Assembly: GCA_024579835.1 (NCBI GenBank)
Contig: CP102060.1
Coordinates: 1,795,558-1,835,557, forward strand
Direction: 5' to 3'
Origin: Clostridiaceae bacterium HFYG-1003
GTDB lineage: Bacteria > Bacillota > Clostridia > Clostridiales > Clostridiaceae
DNA: 40,000 nt
Made by a program: the position numbers and the translations under genes. Every line of letters starts with the position of its first letter. The first letter of the stretch is position 1. This document shows, in pieces, positions 24,336 through 34,091 of this stretch. The notes under the pieces were generated by a model. That model did no database searches. It worked only from the letters and a program-made list of their open reading frames with translations, and was not told the DNA's origin.

Positions 24336-27300
24336 ATGAACCTGGAACAATTGGAAAATCGCCTGGCCGAGATCTTGAAAGGGAAAAATCTCGGAGGTCC
24401 CCGTACCTTGGCCAAGGCATTGATCCGGGAAGGGAGCAAAGACCGCTATTCCCTGGCTTCCATGGAACGGGCACTGGGTCTCGAGATTCCCAAAGAGGCC
24501 TTTTACGAGTACGTTGTGACCTATGCCTATCCGGATCAGGCCCGGGCCGTGGACTCCAGAACAGCCCGCCAATTTTCCGGTTTACTGGAAGTCTATTCGG
24601 CGTTGACGGACTACTTTAAGACCCTCGGGGGCGATGACTTCATCGGCCGCCACCCCTTCCATTTTTTGACCCGGGATGAACTGGCCAGCCTGCCCGATGA
24701 CGAATACCGCAGCTTCCTCGAAGCGTTCAGCCGGGACCGGATCTATGAAATTATGAAACTGTCCCGGGAGATCTTTGGCTACAATACGCTGGATCACGTG
24801 CTGGGCGTTCATTTTGTCGCCATGCACATCGCGCGCCAGTTCCGCCGGCTTGGATTCAACATCGACCTGGGGCGTGTCTCCGGTGCAGCCGCAGGTCACG
24901 ACATCGGCAAGTTCGGCGTACTGAAAAAAGACAGCCGACGAGTTCCCTACCTCCATTACTATTATTCGGACCTCTGGTTCCGGCGGCATGACATCCACTA
25001 TATCCGCAACATCGCCGTGAACCATTCCACCTGGGATCTGGAACTGGAAAACCTGTCCCTGGAATCCCTGATTCTGATCTATTCCGATTTCCGGGTTAAG
25101 AATCTCGAGGGTTCTCAGCCGCTTGAGATGCACATCTATCCGCTGGATGAATCTTACGATATTATTCTCCACAAGCTGGACAATGTCACACAGGAAAAAG
25201 CCAACCGTTATCAGAAGGTCTACAACAAGCTCCATGACTTTGAGGAGTATATGGAGGCCAGCGGCATCATTACAGATCCCTATTCCCGCGAGACACCGGT
25301 ATACCGTGAAATCTACCGGGATGACCTGGCCCTGACCTTCGGCGCTCAGCTTCCGCACACGCTCAAATTCTTTGCCGTGCGGCACAACACCAGCATCATG
25401 TGGCTGTTGAAGGATGAAAAGAGCCTTGGCACGCTGCTGGAGGAAGCCCGGTCTTCCAACAGCTGGCAGGATCTGCGCGAATATGTCAGAGTTTTTGAAG
25501 AATACAAGACGTATCTGACTCAGAAGCAGAAGCTGCAGACCCTGGAATACCTGAAGGAGAACCTGGTCCATCCGGAAGATGACATCCGGCTCCACTCGAT
25601 CCGGATTATGGGCGAACTGATCGCCAGCTATGATGAGGATTATCGAAAGGAACTGCCGGAGGGAGTTGTCCCGGACACCGGCAGCACCGGCGGTCCGGAA
25701 CTGTTCCTGGATCTGATGGATTACCTCATTCACCCTCCGGTTCAAACCATCGACAGTCATCGCCACATGCTGGGGCATTCCCTGGGTCAGCTTCTGGCTG
25801 CTCTGTTTCCCGAACTTCCGACAAAGGACTCCGCTTATGTGCGAAAATATTCCGATCTGTTCCTGGATCGTTTCGCCAGAGCTCCTCAGGAAGACCCGGA
25901 AACATCACTCTATCTTCTGGAAGCAGCCAAATACCTGCCCAAAGCCGCCCGACCCGAAACCATGCCGGTCCTGGCCCATTTTCTGAAACACGGCGACCGC
26001 TGGCAGATTATCCTGAGCCTGGAACTGATCGGACGCTACGAAGCGAATGATCTGGACGCTGAGGTCCTGCATCCGCTGCTGACTGGTCTGATCTACCGGG
26101 ATGAACTTGGCCGAACCGTGACTCAGCTCCTGCTCAAGGTTTCCAACCGCTTCCTGACACAGGAACAGCGGCAGGTGCTGCTAGGCTTCATGGAGAATTC
26201 CAAGGACCGGATTCCCATTGTGTTCCTGTCCAACCTCAAGACCGCCACTCACTGGTCCCTTAAGCGAAATCAGCTGAAACTGCTCCTGTATTTTTCCATT
26301 ACCCGGGATGATGTGTCCACCATCAATACCGCGATCCATCTGTGCAACCTGATCAAAGTATCCGCCTTTGAAACGGTCCGGCGCAGCGCCGGAAATGCCC
26401 TGCTGGCCCTGATGAATCACCTGAATGCCTTCGAACGCAATGAGGTGGTGGTGGAACTGATCCGCGCCCTGGAGATTGAAGGACAGCGCTTCACCCAGTA
26501 CATCCCGAACTTTTTAGGCCGGGCCATGCTTTATCTGGAAGACCGCGAACTGTCCGAGACCATCGATGACATGGAAGAAAAGATCAAGGTCGCCAAGCCT
26601 GAACTGAAAACCCTGATTCTGAACACCGCGGGCACTGCCCTGGCTTTTTACCGTCAGTTCCAGGACAAGTTTCTTAAAGAGCACACAGCAGACCATCTGA
26701 ATGCCCTGATCGGCATTCTGCTGTCGGCCCTGGCCGACCCGGACAGCCAGGTGCGGCGAACCGCCATGACAGTAATCGGTCGCCGGCTGTTTGCCAATCC
26801 CATCCTGTCCATTGATCATCAAGCCGGATTCTTCCACGATCTGGCGAAAAAAATCGTTGTTCTGACCCATGAACAGGATGGCGACTCCCTGACCTTCATG
26901 TCCAATGCAGCTGCCTTTAATCATATTTACCGCTTCATGGGCGACCATGAAATGGCTCGGGGCGATCTGAAGGTCCGCGATCGGGGACGGTACGCCTTCT
27001 TCGCCGGCTCCTTTGATCCCTTTACGCTGTCCCACAAAGCAATTGCCCTGCTGGCCCGCGACATGGGCTATGAAGTCTACCTGGCTGTGGATGAATTCTC
27101 CTGGTCAAAAAAGACCCTGCCTAACAAAGTTCGCCGTCAGATCATCAGCATGAGCATTGCAGGCGAGGAAGACCTCTATCTCTTTCCGCAGGGAACGCCG
27201 ATCAACATAGCCAATGATCAGGATATCGATCACCTGCGCCAGCTGTTCCATGACCAGGTGACCATCCTGTGCGGGTCCGATGTCGTGCTCAACGCCTCCG

Positions 27301-29063
27301 CCTACCAGAATCAGAAAGCCGTGGCTGCTCTGCCCCATGTGGTCTTTCTGCGCAATGAGCCGGCCGAACACCTGAACCTCATGAGACAGCGACTCGGCGA
27401 GTACCGGATGCTCAATCTGCCGGATGAGCTGAAAACTATCAGTTCCTCGCAAATCCGGGACTACATCGACGAGAACCGGGACATTTCCACGCTGATTGAT
27501 CCGCTGGCTCAGTCCTATATATACGACAATGGCTTCTATCAGAAAACCCCCATTGAAAAACCAATGGCCCGGTTCAACAACCTGAGGCTGTCCGTCGAAA
27601 CCAAATTGACGGCGGAACTCGAGCAGGAACTGGCTGGACTGTTCCAGGGGGAACCATCCCTGGCGGGCCTGATTCGGCAAACTCTGGTGAAACCGTCCGG
27701 CCGGATCATGATCCTGCGCGATCATGACCGCAACGAGCTGGCCGGACTGGTGCTGGTCCACTGGACTCGAACGTCCATGTTCCTCAAGGAAGTGCCCCAT
27801 GTATCCCTGGCTGACACTCTGCGTCATTCCACGCTGGGCCGCCTGGCCACCATTGACTATGCCTGGGTGGCAGCTCATGACGAGCAGCGCGATTACCATC
27901 AGATTCTTTTAACCGAAGCGCTGTCCTTCCTCATTGCCCGGGACTATGAGAACTGCCTGTACAATCCGAAGCTTCCGGTCAAAGATCCGCGCATTGAAGA
28001 GACCCTGAGTCTGTTTAATTTCAGTCGTCTGGACGAAGCAGGCCGGCGGCTCTATATGGTGGACATGACCGCCCCGGTGGTTTTGAACCTGGATTTGGAG
28101 AATATTCTGAAAGAGCCCTTCCGCAGCTCCCCCATCATCCGCCGCGCCGTGGTTCGTACGCGCTGCCGCCTGCAAGGCGCCCTGGGCGACCTGTTCCCCG
28201 GCAAACTGATCATTCCGCTGGAACCGCTGATGCTCCATCAGGCCATGATCCGGAAAATCACCTCAGAAAACAAAGTCCCGCCGGTGGAAGGTCCCCGGCG
28301 AGAACTGGGCAAATACATGTGTGTCCCTTACGGGGATCTCTTGGATGACCACCTCATCCCCAATACCGTCACCAAGTCACTGCATACTGAAAAATACTAT
28401 GAGCCGGATCTGACCACGTTCTCGATTCGGGAACTCCCCTTCTACCTGAACCTGGAAAATCAGGTCAAGACCATCAAGTCCTTCAACCGGGACCTCATCC
28501 TGGTAGATACTCTGACTCACAAAGGGTACCGTATGGATGCCCTGAATCCGCTGCTGATCAAGCATGACCTCCGGATCCGCAAAATCATATCCGGCATCGT
28601 GTCAGCCCGCGGGCGGGACCTGATTGAAACCATGGGCCACAAAATCGACTCCATCTATTACTTCCCCAGAATTCAGTCATGGTTCAACGAAAACCAGCTG
28701 TATCCCTTCCTGGGTGGCGACTCGATGTGGCGGGGCCATTTCCCCGAGCGCAACCTGCTGCCCAGCATCAACCTGATTCTGCCCTATACCTTTCCTTCCT
28801 TCCTGACTTCTCAGCCCCGGGAAGAAGTCATCCGCCTCTCAAGGATCTGTCATGAAAACGCCCTGGAGCTGTTCCGGGTCATTGAAACCGAGTATAACCG
28901 CCTCAATGCCCGCAAAATGACGCTCAGGAATCTTGGTCAGGTCATCACGATCCCCCGGTCGGTGGATCCCGGCGTCGGAATTCACTATGATCTGACCCAA
29001 AGCCCTTCTACCTTTATTCAAAATAATCTGGAAAACCTGATCCGGCTCAATCCCCTGGTGTGA
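24336..29063 (+). CDS. Giant multidomain protein (~1575 aa): HD phosphohydrolase, HEAT-like repeats, NMNAT/NadD-like cytidylyltransferase-fold domain, GNAT-like region and PRTase-like C-terminal region
   Basis: Track ORF 24249..29063. I moved the start to ATG 24336, 5 nt after GGAGGTGA. HD motif: LDHVLGVHFVAMH...AAAGHDIGKF...NHSTWD...IYSDFRV (about nt 24780-25100). Nucleotidyltransferase: YAFFAGSFDPFTLSHKAIA...ISSSQIRDYI (about nt 26985-27545). PRT-like: NRDLILVDTLTHKGYR (about nt 28490). HEAT-like: PDSQVRRTAMTVIGRRL, EDDIRLHSIRIMGELI. Confidence 0.8.
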   Translation: MNLEQLENRLAEILKGKNLGGPRTLAKALIREGSKDRYSLASMERALGLEIPKEAFYEYVVTYAYPDQARAVDSRTARQFSGLLEVYSALTDYFKTLGGDDFIGRHPFHFLTRDELASLPDDEYRSFLEAFSRDRIYEIMKLSREIFGYNTLDHVLGVHFVAMHIARQFRRLGFNIDLGRVSGAAAGHDIGKFGVLKKDSRRVPYLHYYYSDLWFRRHDIHYIRNIAVNHSTWDLELENLSLESLILIYSDFRVKNLEGSQPLEMHIYPLDESYDIILHKLDNVTQEKANRYQKVYNKLHDFEEYMEASGIITDPYSRETPVYREIYRDDLALTFGAQLPHTLKFFAVRHNTSIMWLLKDEKSLGTLLEEARSSNSWQDLREYVRVFEEYKTYLTQKQKLQTLEYLKENLVHPEDDIRLHSIRIMGELIASYDEDYRKELPEGVVPDTGSTGGPELFLDLMDYLIHPPVQTIDSHRHMLGHSLGQLLAALFPELPTKDSAYVRKYSDLFLDRFARAPQEDPETSLYLLEAAKYLPKAARPETMPVLAHFLKHGDRWQIILSLELIGRYEANDLDAEVLHPLLTGLIYRDELGRTVTQLLLKVSNRFLTQEQRQVLLGFMENSKDRIPIVFLSNLKTATHWSLKRNQLKLLLYFSITRDDVSTINTAIHLCNLIKVSAFETVRRSAGNALLALMNHLNAFERNEVVVELIRALEIEGQRFTQYIPNFLGRAMLYLEDRELSETIDDMEEKIKVAKPELKTLILNTAGTALAFYRQFQDKFLKEHTADHLNALIGILLSALADPDSQVRRTAMTVIGRRLFANPILSIDHQAGFFHDLAKKIVVLTHEQDGDSLTFMSNAAAFNHIYRFMGDHEMARGDLKVRDRGRYAFFAGSFDPFTLSHKAIALLARDMGYEVYLAVDEFSWSKKTLPNKVRRQIISMSIAGEEDLYLFPQGTPINIANDQDIDHLRQLFHDQVTILCGSDVVLNASAYQNQKAVAALPHVVFLRNEPAEHLNLMRQRLGEYRMLNLPDELKTISSSQIRDYIDENRDISTLIDPLAQSYIYDNGFYQKTPIEKPMARFNNLRLSVETKLTAELEQELAGLFQGEPSLAGLIRQTLVKPSGRIMILRDHDRNELAGLVLVHWTRTSMFLKEVPHVSLADTLRHSTLGRLATIDYAWVAAHDEQRDYHQILLTEALSFLIARDYENCLYNPKLPVKDPRIEETLSLFNFSRLDEAGRRLYMVDMTAPVVLNLDLENILKEPFRSSPIIRRAVVRTRCRLQGALGDLFPGKLIIPLEPLMLHQAMIRKITSENKVPPVEGPRRELGKYMCVPYGDLLDDHLIPNTVTKSLHTEKYYEPDLTTFSIRELPFYLNLENQVKTIKSFNRDLILVDTLTHKGYRMDALNPLLIKHDLRIRKIISGIVSARGRDLIETMGHKIDSIYYFPRIQSWFNENQLYPFLGGDSMWRGHFPERNLLPSINLILPYTFPSFLTSQPREEVIRLSRICHENALELFRVIETEYNRLNARKMTLRNLGQVITIPRSVDPGVGIHYDLTQSPSTFIQNNLENLIRLNPLV

Positions 29064-29107
29064 CCGCCACGGGGTGGCCGTTCAGGCAATCTGCCTGGAG
29101 GTACGCT

Positions 29108-30334
29108 ATGCATCAATGCCAATGGAACGGAACAACCTTCCTGGTTCCTGATCAATATACGAAACAGGTCCGGAACCGGCTGGGTGATTCCGTCACTCTT
29201 CACCCCCTGACCGATCTGACACCCCTGAAATCGAGTAGAAGCCTGAATCTTCTGGTCGACGACCATCGCTTCACGGGCCGCTTTCTGGCCAGAAATCTTG
29301 ATTTCTGCGGAAATGGCCGCCCGTTCCCACTCCTGATGGATCCGGGCCCCGCTCCGGACCACAGTTTCACGGCTCACATCAATGACGGAGAGGTCCTCTA
29401 TCAGGTCCTAAATCTGGCGGAAGGGAAACTGGCGCCGGAAAGTCCGGAATCATACCGGGTCGTGATCTGCGGCCTGGGCGATGTCGGTGGCACCCTCTCA
29501 ACCGGTCTGAGGCTGCTGGGTGACGAAACCATCTCTGAAATTCTGCTTTATGACCGCAGCGAATCCAAGCTGCAGCGCTGGTACCGGGAAGCCTCTCAGA
29601 TTCTCAAGCCGGATGGCTCCTATATGCCGCCCGTCCGGATCATTGAAAAAAAGGACCTGTTCCAGGGCGATGTCTTCATTTTCTGCGTATCTGCCGGCGT
29701 TCCGCCGCTGGGTGAAGAAGCTGGGCGCGATGTACGGATGATCCAGCTTGAAAGAAACGCGGAGATCCTCAAAGAATATGTCAAGTTGGCCCAGGAATGC
29801 GATTACCAGGGTCACTTCTTCATCGTTTCCGACCCGGTGGACCAGCTCTGCATGACGGCCTGGCAGAGCGGCAGCCTGCACAGTCAGCAGATCCGGGGAT
29901 TCGGCCTCGGCGTCATGTACGCCCGGGCAGTCTTCCACGCCAATGAACAGAATCTGCCCATGGACGAACTTCGGGTTTATGGACCGCATGGCGAAGGACT
30001 TCAGGTACTCGACCGCATTACAAAGTATCATGAAGCCCAGTCTGAGCTGCTGACCGAGAAAACAAGGACCGAAAACCTGACCATCCGCGCGACCGGCTTC
30101 AAGCCTTACATCGCGCCGGCTCTCTCCTCCGGTGCCCTGTCGATTCTGGCCTGTCTGAAGGGACAATGGCATTATTCCAGCACCCTGATGGATGGTGTCT
30201 GGTTTGGAGCACGCAACCGCCAGCATGGCCATTACAATGAATACGAAGCCTTGCCCCTGACCGAATCCTTTCTGGGAAAACTGGAGGCGACCCGAGTCAA
30301 TCTGATCAACTCGATGACAGGAGTGACCCCATGA
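29108..30334 (+). CDS. Divergent lactate/malate-dehydrogenase-fold (Rossmann) protein with a ~110-aa N-terminal extension
   Basis: Track ORF 29060..30334 (GTG start). ATG 29108 lies 6 nt after GGAGGT. Motifs include YRVVICGLGDVGGTLSTGL (GxGxxG), FIVSDPVDQL (compare NPVD) and YGPHGEG (compare GEHGDS). Confidence 0.7.
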   Translation: MHQCQWNGTTFLVPDQYTKQVRNRLGDSVTLHPLTDLTPLKSSRSLNLLVDDHRFTGRFLARNLDFCGNGRPFPLLMDPGPAPDHSFTAHINDGEVLYQVLNLAEGKLAPESPESYRVVICGLGDVGGTLSTGLRLLGDETISEILLYDRSESKLQRWYREASQILKPDGSYMPPVRIIEKKDLFQGDVFIFCVSAGVPPLGEEAGRDVRMIQLERNAEILKEYVKLAQECDYQGHFFIVSDPVDQLCMTAWQSGSLHSQQIRGFGLGVMYARAVFHANEQNLPMDELRVYGPHGEGLQVLDRITKYHEAQSELLTEKTRTENLTIRATGFKPYIAPALSSGALSILACLKGQWHYSSTLMDGVWFGARNRQHGHYNEYEALPLTESFLGKLEATRVNLINSMTGVTP

Positions 30335-31158
30335 GCATCGAACTGCACTGCCACACCACCGCTTCGGACGGCTTGTACAGCCCGGCTGAACTTGTGAAGA
30401 CAGCCCTTGCGGCAAATGTGCGCGTTCTGGCCGTGACCGATCATGATACGACCAAGAGTCTGGCGGAAGTAGCCAGACTGTGCGCAAATACTTCGGTTTA
30501 CTTCATTCCGGGCATCGAACTGTCCACCTGGAATGGAGAGGAAAGCATTCATCTGTTGGGATATTTTCGCGGCAGTGACTATCAAAACCGGGAACTGACA
30601 GAACAGCTGGAATCTTTTCAAACCCGCCGAACGGAACGTGCCAGGGAGATTCAGGAACGCCTGAAAATCCACTACGGTTTGGACATCGACTTGTCCCTGC
30701 TGCCGCATCAGGCGGGCGCTTCCATTGGCCGGGCCAACATTGCCCGCCTGATCCAGGAAAAGTATCGAATTCCAAAAGACGAAATTTTTGCCCGGTTCCT
30801 TGGAGACCATACCAAGGCCTTCATCCCCTCCTCCAGAATGCCGGTTCAGGAAGGAATCCAGCTGTTGAAAGCCGCCGGAGCCACCGTGATCCTGGCCCAC
30901 CCGGGAGAGCTGCGCAAAAGCAGCTTCGCTGAGTTGTTCGAACTGGATTTTGACGGAGCGGAATGCTACTACCCGAATCATAGCCCCCGACAGACCCGGG
31001 AGTTCCTCCAGGCCTGTCATCGAAAGAACCGCCTCGTCACCTGCGGCTCTGATGATCATGGCATCCAGGGAGACAAAAAGCACGGAACACTGGGAAGCAC
31101 CCTTTATGATCCGGCAGAAGTAGAACCTTTTCTGAGGCGCATGATCCAGGCAGAATGA
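30331..31158 (+). CDS. PHP-domain phosphoesterase (TrpH/YciV-like)
   Basis: 275-aa ORF. MSIELHCHTTASDGLYSPAELV...LAVTDHDT is the PHP metal-binding signature. Its ATG overlaps the upstream stop (ATGA) and AGGAG lies upstream. Confidence 0.8.
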   Translation: MSIELHCHTTASDGLYSPAELVKTALAANVRVLAVTDHDTTKSLAEVARLCANTSVYFIPGIELSTWNGEESIHLLGYFRGSDYQNRELTEQLESFQTRRTERAREIQERLKIHYGLDIDLSLLPHQAGASIGRANIARLIQEKYRIPKDEIFARFLGDHTKAFIPSSRMPVQEGIQLLKAAGATVILAHPGELRKSSFAELFELDFDGAECYYPNHSPRQTREFLQACHRKNRLVTCGSDDHGIQGDKKHGTLGSTLYDPAEVEPFLRRMIQAE

Positions 31159-31392
31159 TATCCTTAAGCGACGAACCGAATGAAGCAACGGGACGTAGCC
31201 GTCACCCGGCCGTCCCATTATAACCAACGATCCGTCCAATGTCATCGCGCTGGGAAGCTTGCGATTCATGGGCTTCTTCCCTTGGATAGCTTGCAGCGTA
31301 GCACCCAACTCAATATTGAAAGATACCCGTCCGATTGAACCGGCCAAGACAAATTGGCAGCTGAATACGAGACGAACCAAGGAGATCACCAA

Positions 31393-32109
31393 ATGAACCT
31401 CAAGGAAATGAAAAAAGCCAGTGACAATCTGCACCGGCAATTGAATCAGAAAAATGACTATCGCATGACTGAAGTCATCCGATACCTGAAAGATAAGGAC
31501 CTTTCCACCCATCAGTTTGAGACTCTCCGCCTGGAGCTGCTGAAACAGGCAGTGGCGGCCGAAGAAAAGGGAAAGCCGGCCGATTCGGCGTTTGGCTATG
31601 ATTACCGCAAAGCCGTGGACTCTATGGTTCAACAATTGCCGCCGATCCCGCCAGCCGAGCGCTTGGGCGAAGCCTTCCGGTTGTGGGGCATGTTGGTTCC
31701 CATTCTTTTCGGAATTTCTGTCGGCAGCGACCTGATCCTGACATTGACGGGAAGCAGTGACAGCCCCTGGACATGGTCGGTCACAGCCAATGAGCTCGTG
31801 TTAGGCCTCCTCATCATCGGTCTGGCCATTTCCATCACCAGCCTGTTCAGCCGTTTCAAGCTGGAACGCGATCCGGATTTTTTCTCGAAGAAGGAGGGCA
31901 ACCGTCTGCTCGATTTCATCCGCAGCTACGGCTCCAGCCTCCTCTGGATGCTGCTCTGCTTCGGACTGATGTTCCTGCTGAAGGATCGTCGCCTTCTAAC
32001 CTTGCCCCTGCCTTCAGCCGGAGCGGCTGTTCTGATCGTAACTGCAGTCTACTTCTACATCCTGCGCTTATTTGAAAATCAGGCCGCACAGTCCGCCAGG
32101 GCTGACTAG
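31393..32109 (+). CDS. Membrane protein with an N-terminal helical domain and about 4 TM segments (DUF1129/DUF1048-like)
   Basis: Track ORF 31354..32109. I moved the start to ATG 31393, preceded by AAGGAGATCACCAA. A soluble N-terminal ~95 aa is followed by hydrophobic helices. Confidence 0.55.
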   Translation: MNLKEMKKASDNLHRQLNQKNDYRMTEVIRYLKDKDLSTHQFETLRLELLKQAVAAEEKGKPADSAFGYDYRKAVDSMVQQLPPIPPAERLGEAFRLWGMLVPILFGISVGSDLILTLTGSSDSPWTWSVTANELVLGLLIIGLAISITSLFSRFKLERDPDFFSKKEGNRLLDFIRSYGSSLLWMLLCFGLMFLLKDRRLLTLPLPSAGAAVLIVTAVYFYILRLFENQAAQSARAD

Positions 32110-32296
32110 ACTCCTTCATTCCAGGATATCTGTCATTCCACATGCAGACAGACTATTCCGCTTCCTAACATTGTGACATGCCTTTTTCCAAAAGGAAACC
32201 AGCCCATTTCCAGGTGGAATGAAATCTCCTGCAGAGACCTGACTTTTATATTCCCTCAGACCTTCACCTCTTTGTCTGGCTGTCTGTCAATGCAAT

Positions 32297-32334
32297 GAAG
32301 CCCTGAATTTCCGTTTGTCGGAAATCAGGGCTTC
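32297..32334. terminator. Bidirectional terminator between convergent genes
   Basis: GAAGCCCTGAATTTCC (32297-32312) pairs with GGAAATCAGGGCTTC (32320-32334), with one bulged A. Confidence 0.6.
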
Positions 32335-32364
32335 ATTCATTCTATTTGCCATATTCGGCTCCGA

Positions 32365-32793
32365 TCAAATAACTTTGCTGGTTTTTGATTCCATACAGGC
32401 AGAACAGACGCCGGTAAAATTGATATTCTGGGTCTCCACCTGGCAGCCCGCCAGTTCTTTTGAGATCAGATGAGGCGGAATTTCTATTTCCACGTCAAAC
32501 ACCTGGTGACAGGCATCGCATTTAAAATGGGCATGAGGCTTGATGGGATGAAGGTCAAAGCGTGATTCGTTGCCTTCAATCGGAATAATATCGATCAGTC
32601 CGTGTTCATTGAATAAATTCATGGTGTTGTACACCGTAGCTTTGGATAAAGTGGGAATGTCATGAATCAAAGCCCAATAGATGTCATTTACGGTGGGATG
32701 AATGGGGTTCTGATGCAGGAATTCATAAATGCGTTTGCGCTGGTAGCTCGGCTTAATGCCTTTTTCCCTCAAAAAGATGTCAATATTTCTCAA
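32365..32793 (-). CDS. Fur-family metalloregulator (PerR/Zur-like)
   Basis: 142-aa ORF with TTG start 8 nt after AGGAGGG. Motifs are KPSYQRKRIYEFL, ATVYNTMNLF, HAHFKCDAC and GVCSAC (CxxC pairs). Confidence 0.8.
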   Translation of the reverse strand: MRNIDIFLREKGIKPSYQRKRIYEFLHQNPIHPTVNDIYWALIHDIPTLSKATVYNTMNLFNEHGLIDIIPIEGNESRFDLHPIKPHAHFKCDACHQVFDVEIEIPPHLISKELAGCQVETQNINFTGVCSACMESKTSKVI

Positions 32794-32806
32794 CCTGATA
32801 ACCCTC

Positions 32807-33727
32807 CTATGCGTTACGTGTCGCTAATTCTGTGATGCGTTGGTCAATAATTTCACTTGGTGTCAGTCGTGCTGTTTTGGAGTAACGATAGTTGGCCGCC
32901 GCAGCTTCAATGATGATGGCAATGTTCCGTCCGGAGCGTACAGGAATGGTCAGTTTTTTTACGTCGACACCCAGGATGTTTTGGTATTCGTTGATTCCGA
33001 GCCGATCATAGGTTCCTTCCTCTTCGCCTTCCCAGCGCTGCAGGTGAATGATGAGATCCACGTTCTTTGCCTGGGAGGTCGACGAGAGTCCATACAGTTG
33101 GGTTATATCAATGATGCCCATACCGCGCACTTCCATCATGCCGAACGTAATTTCGGGGCAGTACCCAGTCAGGACACCATCTACTTCACGAACATCCACC
33201 GCATCATCGGAAATCAGACGATGACCGCGCCGGATCAGTTCCAGGGTAGCCTCCGACTTGCCCACGCCGGAATCACCGGTAATCAGCAAGCCGATGCCGT
33301 GAACATCGATCAGTCCGCCATGAAGACGCACTTCCGGTGCCATTTCATTGGCCAGGTATACTGTCAGTTTCGAAATGAACTTGGATGAGCTCTGGTCTGT
33401 TCGAAGCACCCATTGCTGATTTTTCTGAGCTGCTTCCAAAAGTTCGGAATGGGCTTCCAGTTTTCGGGTGATGATGATGCAGGGCATCTCATTCTTGAAA
33501 TAGCGCTGCAGTCTTTTTTTACGCAGAGCTGGCTCCAGTTCATCCAAAAAGCTCCATTCGCCGTTTCCGATGACCTGAATGCGATCATTGTCAAAATAAT
33601 TATAAAAGCCGGCCAGCTGCAATCCCGGACGGTTGACATCCTGAACGGTAATCAGGTTATCCACGGTTCCGGGAACCAGAATTTCCAGCTTGAAATCGTC
33701 GATGAGTTTTTTAACTGTTACTGCCAT
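32807..33727 (-). CDS. hprK: HPr kinase/phosphorylase
   Basis: Track ORF 32807..33745. The start at ATG 33727 ([17 protein letters not shown]) aligns with known HprK N-termini. [43 protein letters not shown] contains the P-loop and signature. Confidence 0.9.
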   Translation of the reverse strand: [306 protein letters not shown]

Positions 33728-33941
33728 CCTCGCCACCATCCGCATATGTTATATCCGTGTTGTCCAGGGTAGCGCGCAAGTTGCGCCCGATTCGCCGAAT
33801 GTATTCCTTGCGGTAAAGCGCGCGTTCCTGTGTTTCCAGTTCAGTCAGTTCCCGGATCCGGGAATTGGCTGTAAATTGATTGATGCCTTTGATAAGATCA
33901 TCCAAAGCCATCGATTGAAGTTTATTTTCTAAATCTGTCAT
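33711..33941 (-). CDS. DUF896 (YnzC-like) small protein
   Basis: Track ORF 33711..33980. I moved the start to ATG 33941, preceded by GAGGATTAGAATC. The sequence MTDLENKL...LTELETQERALYRKEYIRRIGRNLRATLDN matches the DUF896 pattern. Confidence 0.7.
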   Translation of the reverse strand: MTDLENKLQSMALDDLIKGINQFTANSRIRELTELETQERALYRKEYIRRIGRNLRATLDNTDITYADGGEDGSNS

Positions 33942-34091
33942 GATTCTAATCCTCATAATTTTTCTTTTATAGTATAACACTTATTTGATGAAATACATAT
34001 TTATATTCAAACCAGTCTGTAAAATGCATGCGATTTTAGATTAGTATACCTTTTATTTTTGAGTTTGTGAAAATTCCATCCGAAATGATTA

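Noticed and set aside
24582-25778. 398-aa minus-strand ORF antisense to the giant gene. Similar ORFs lie at 26514-27035 and 27105-27899.
   Set aside because: It lies entirely within, and antisense to, a plus-strand gene with clear HD and NMNAT motifs. It has no RBS and a G/Q/V/P-rich shadow-frame composition with no recognisable motif.
30232-31635. 467-aa minus-strand ORF spanning the PHP gene, an intergenic region and the start of the next gene. A related 329-aa ORF lies at 29498-30487.
   Set aside because: It is antisense to three well-supported plus-strand features and has no RBS or motif. Long open antisense frames are expected with this codon bias.
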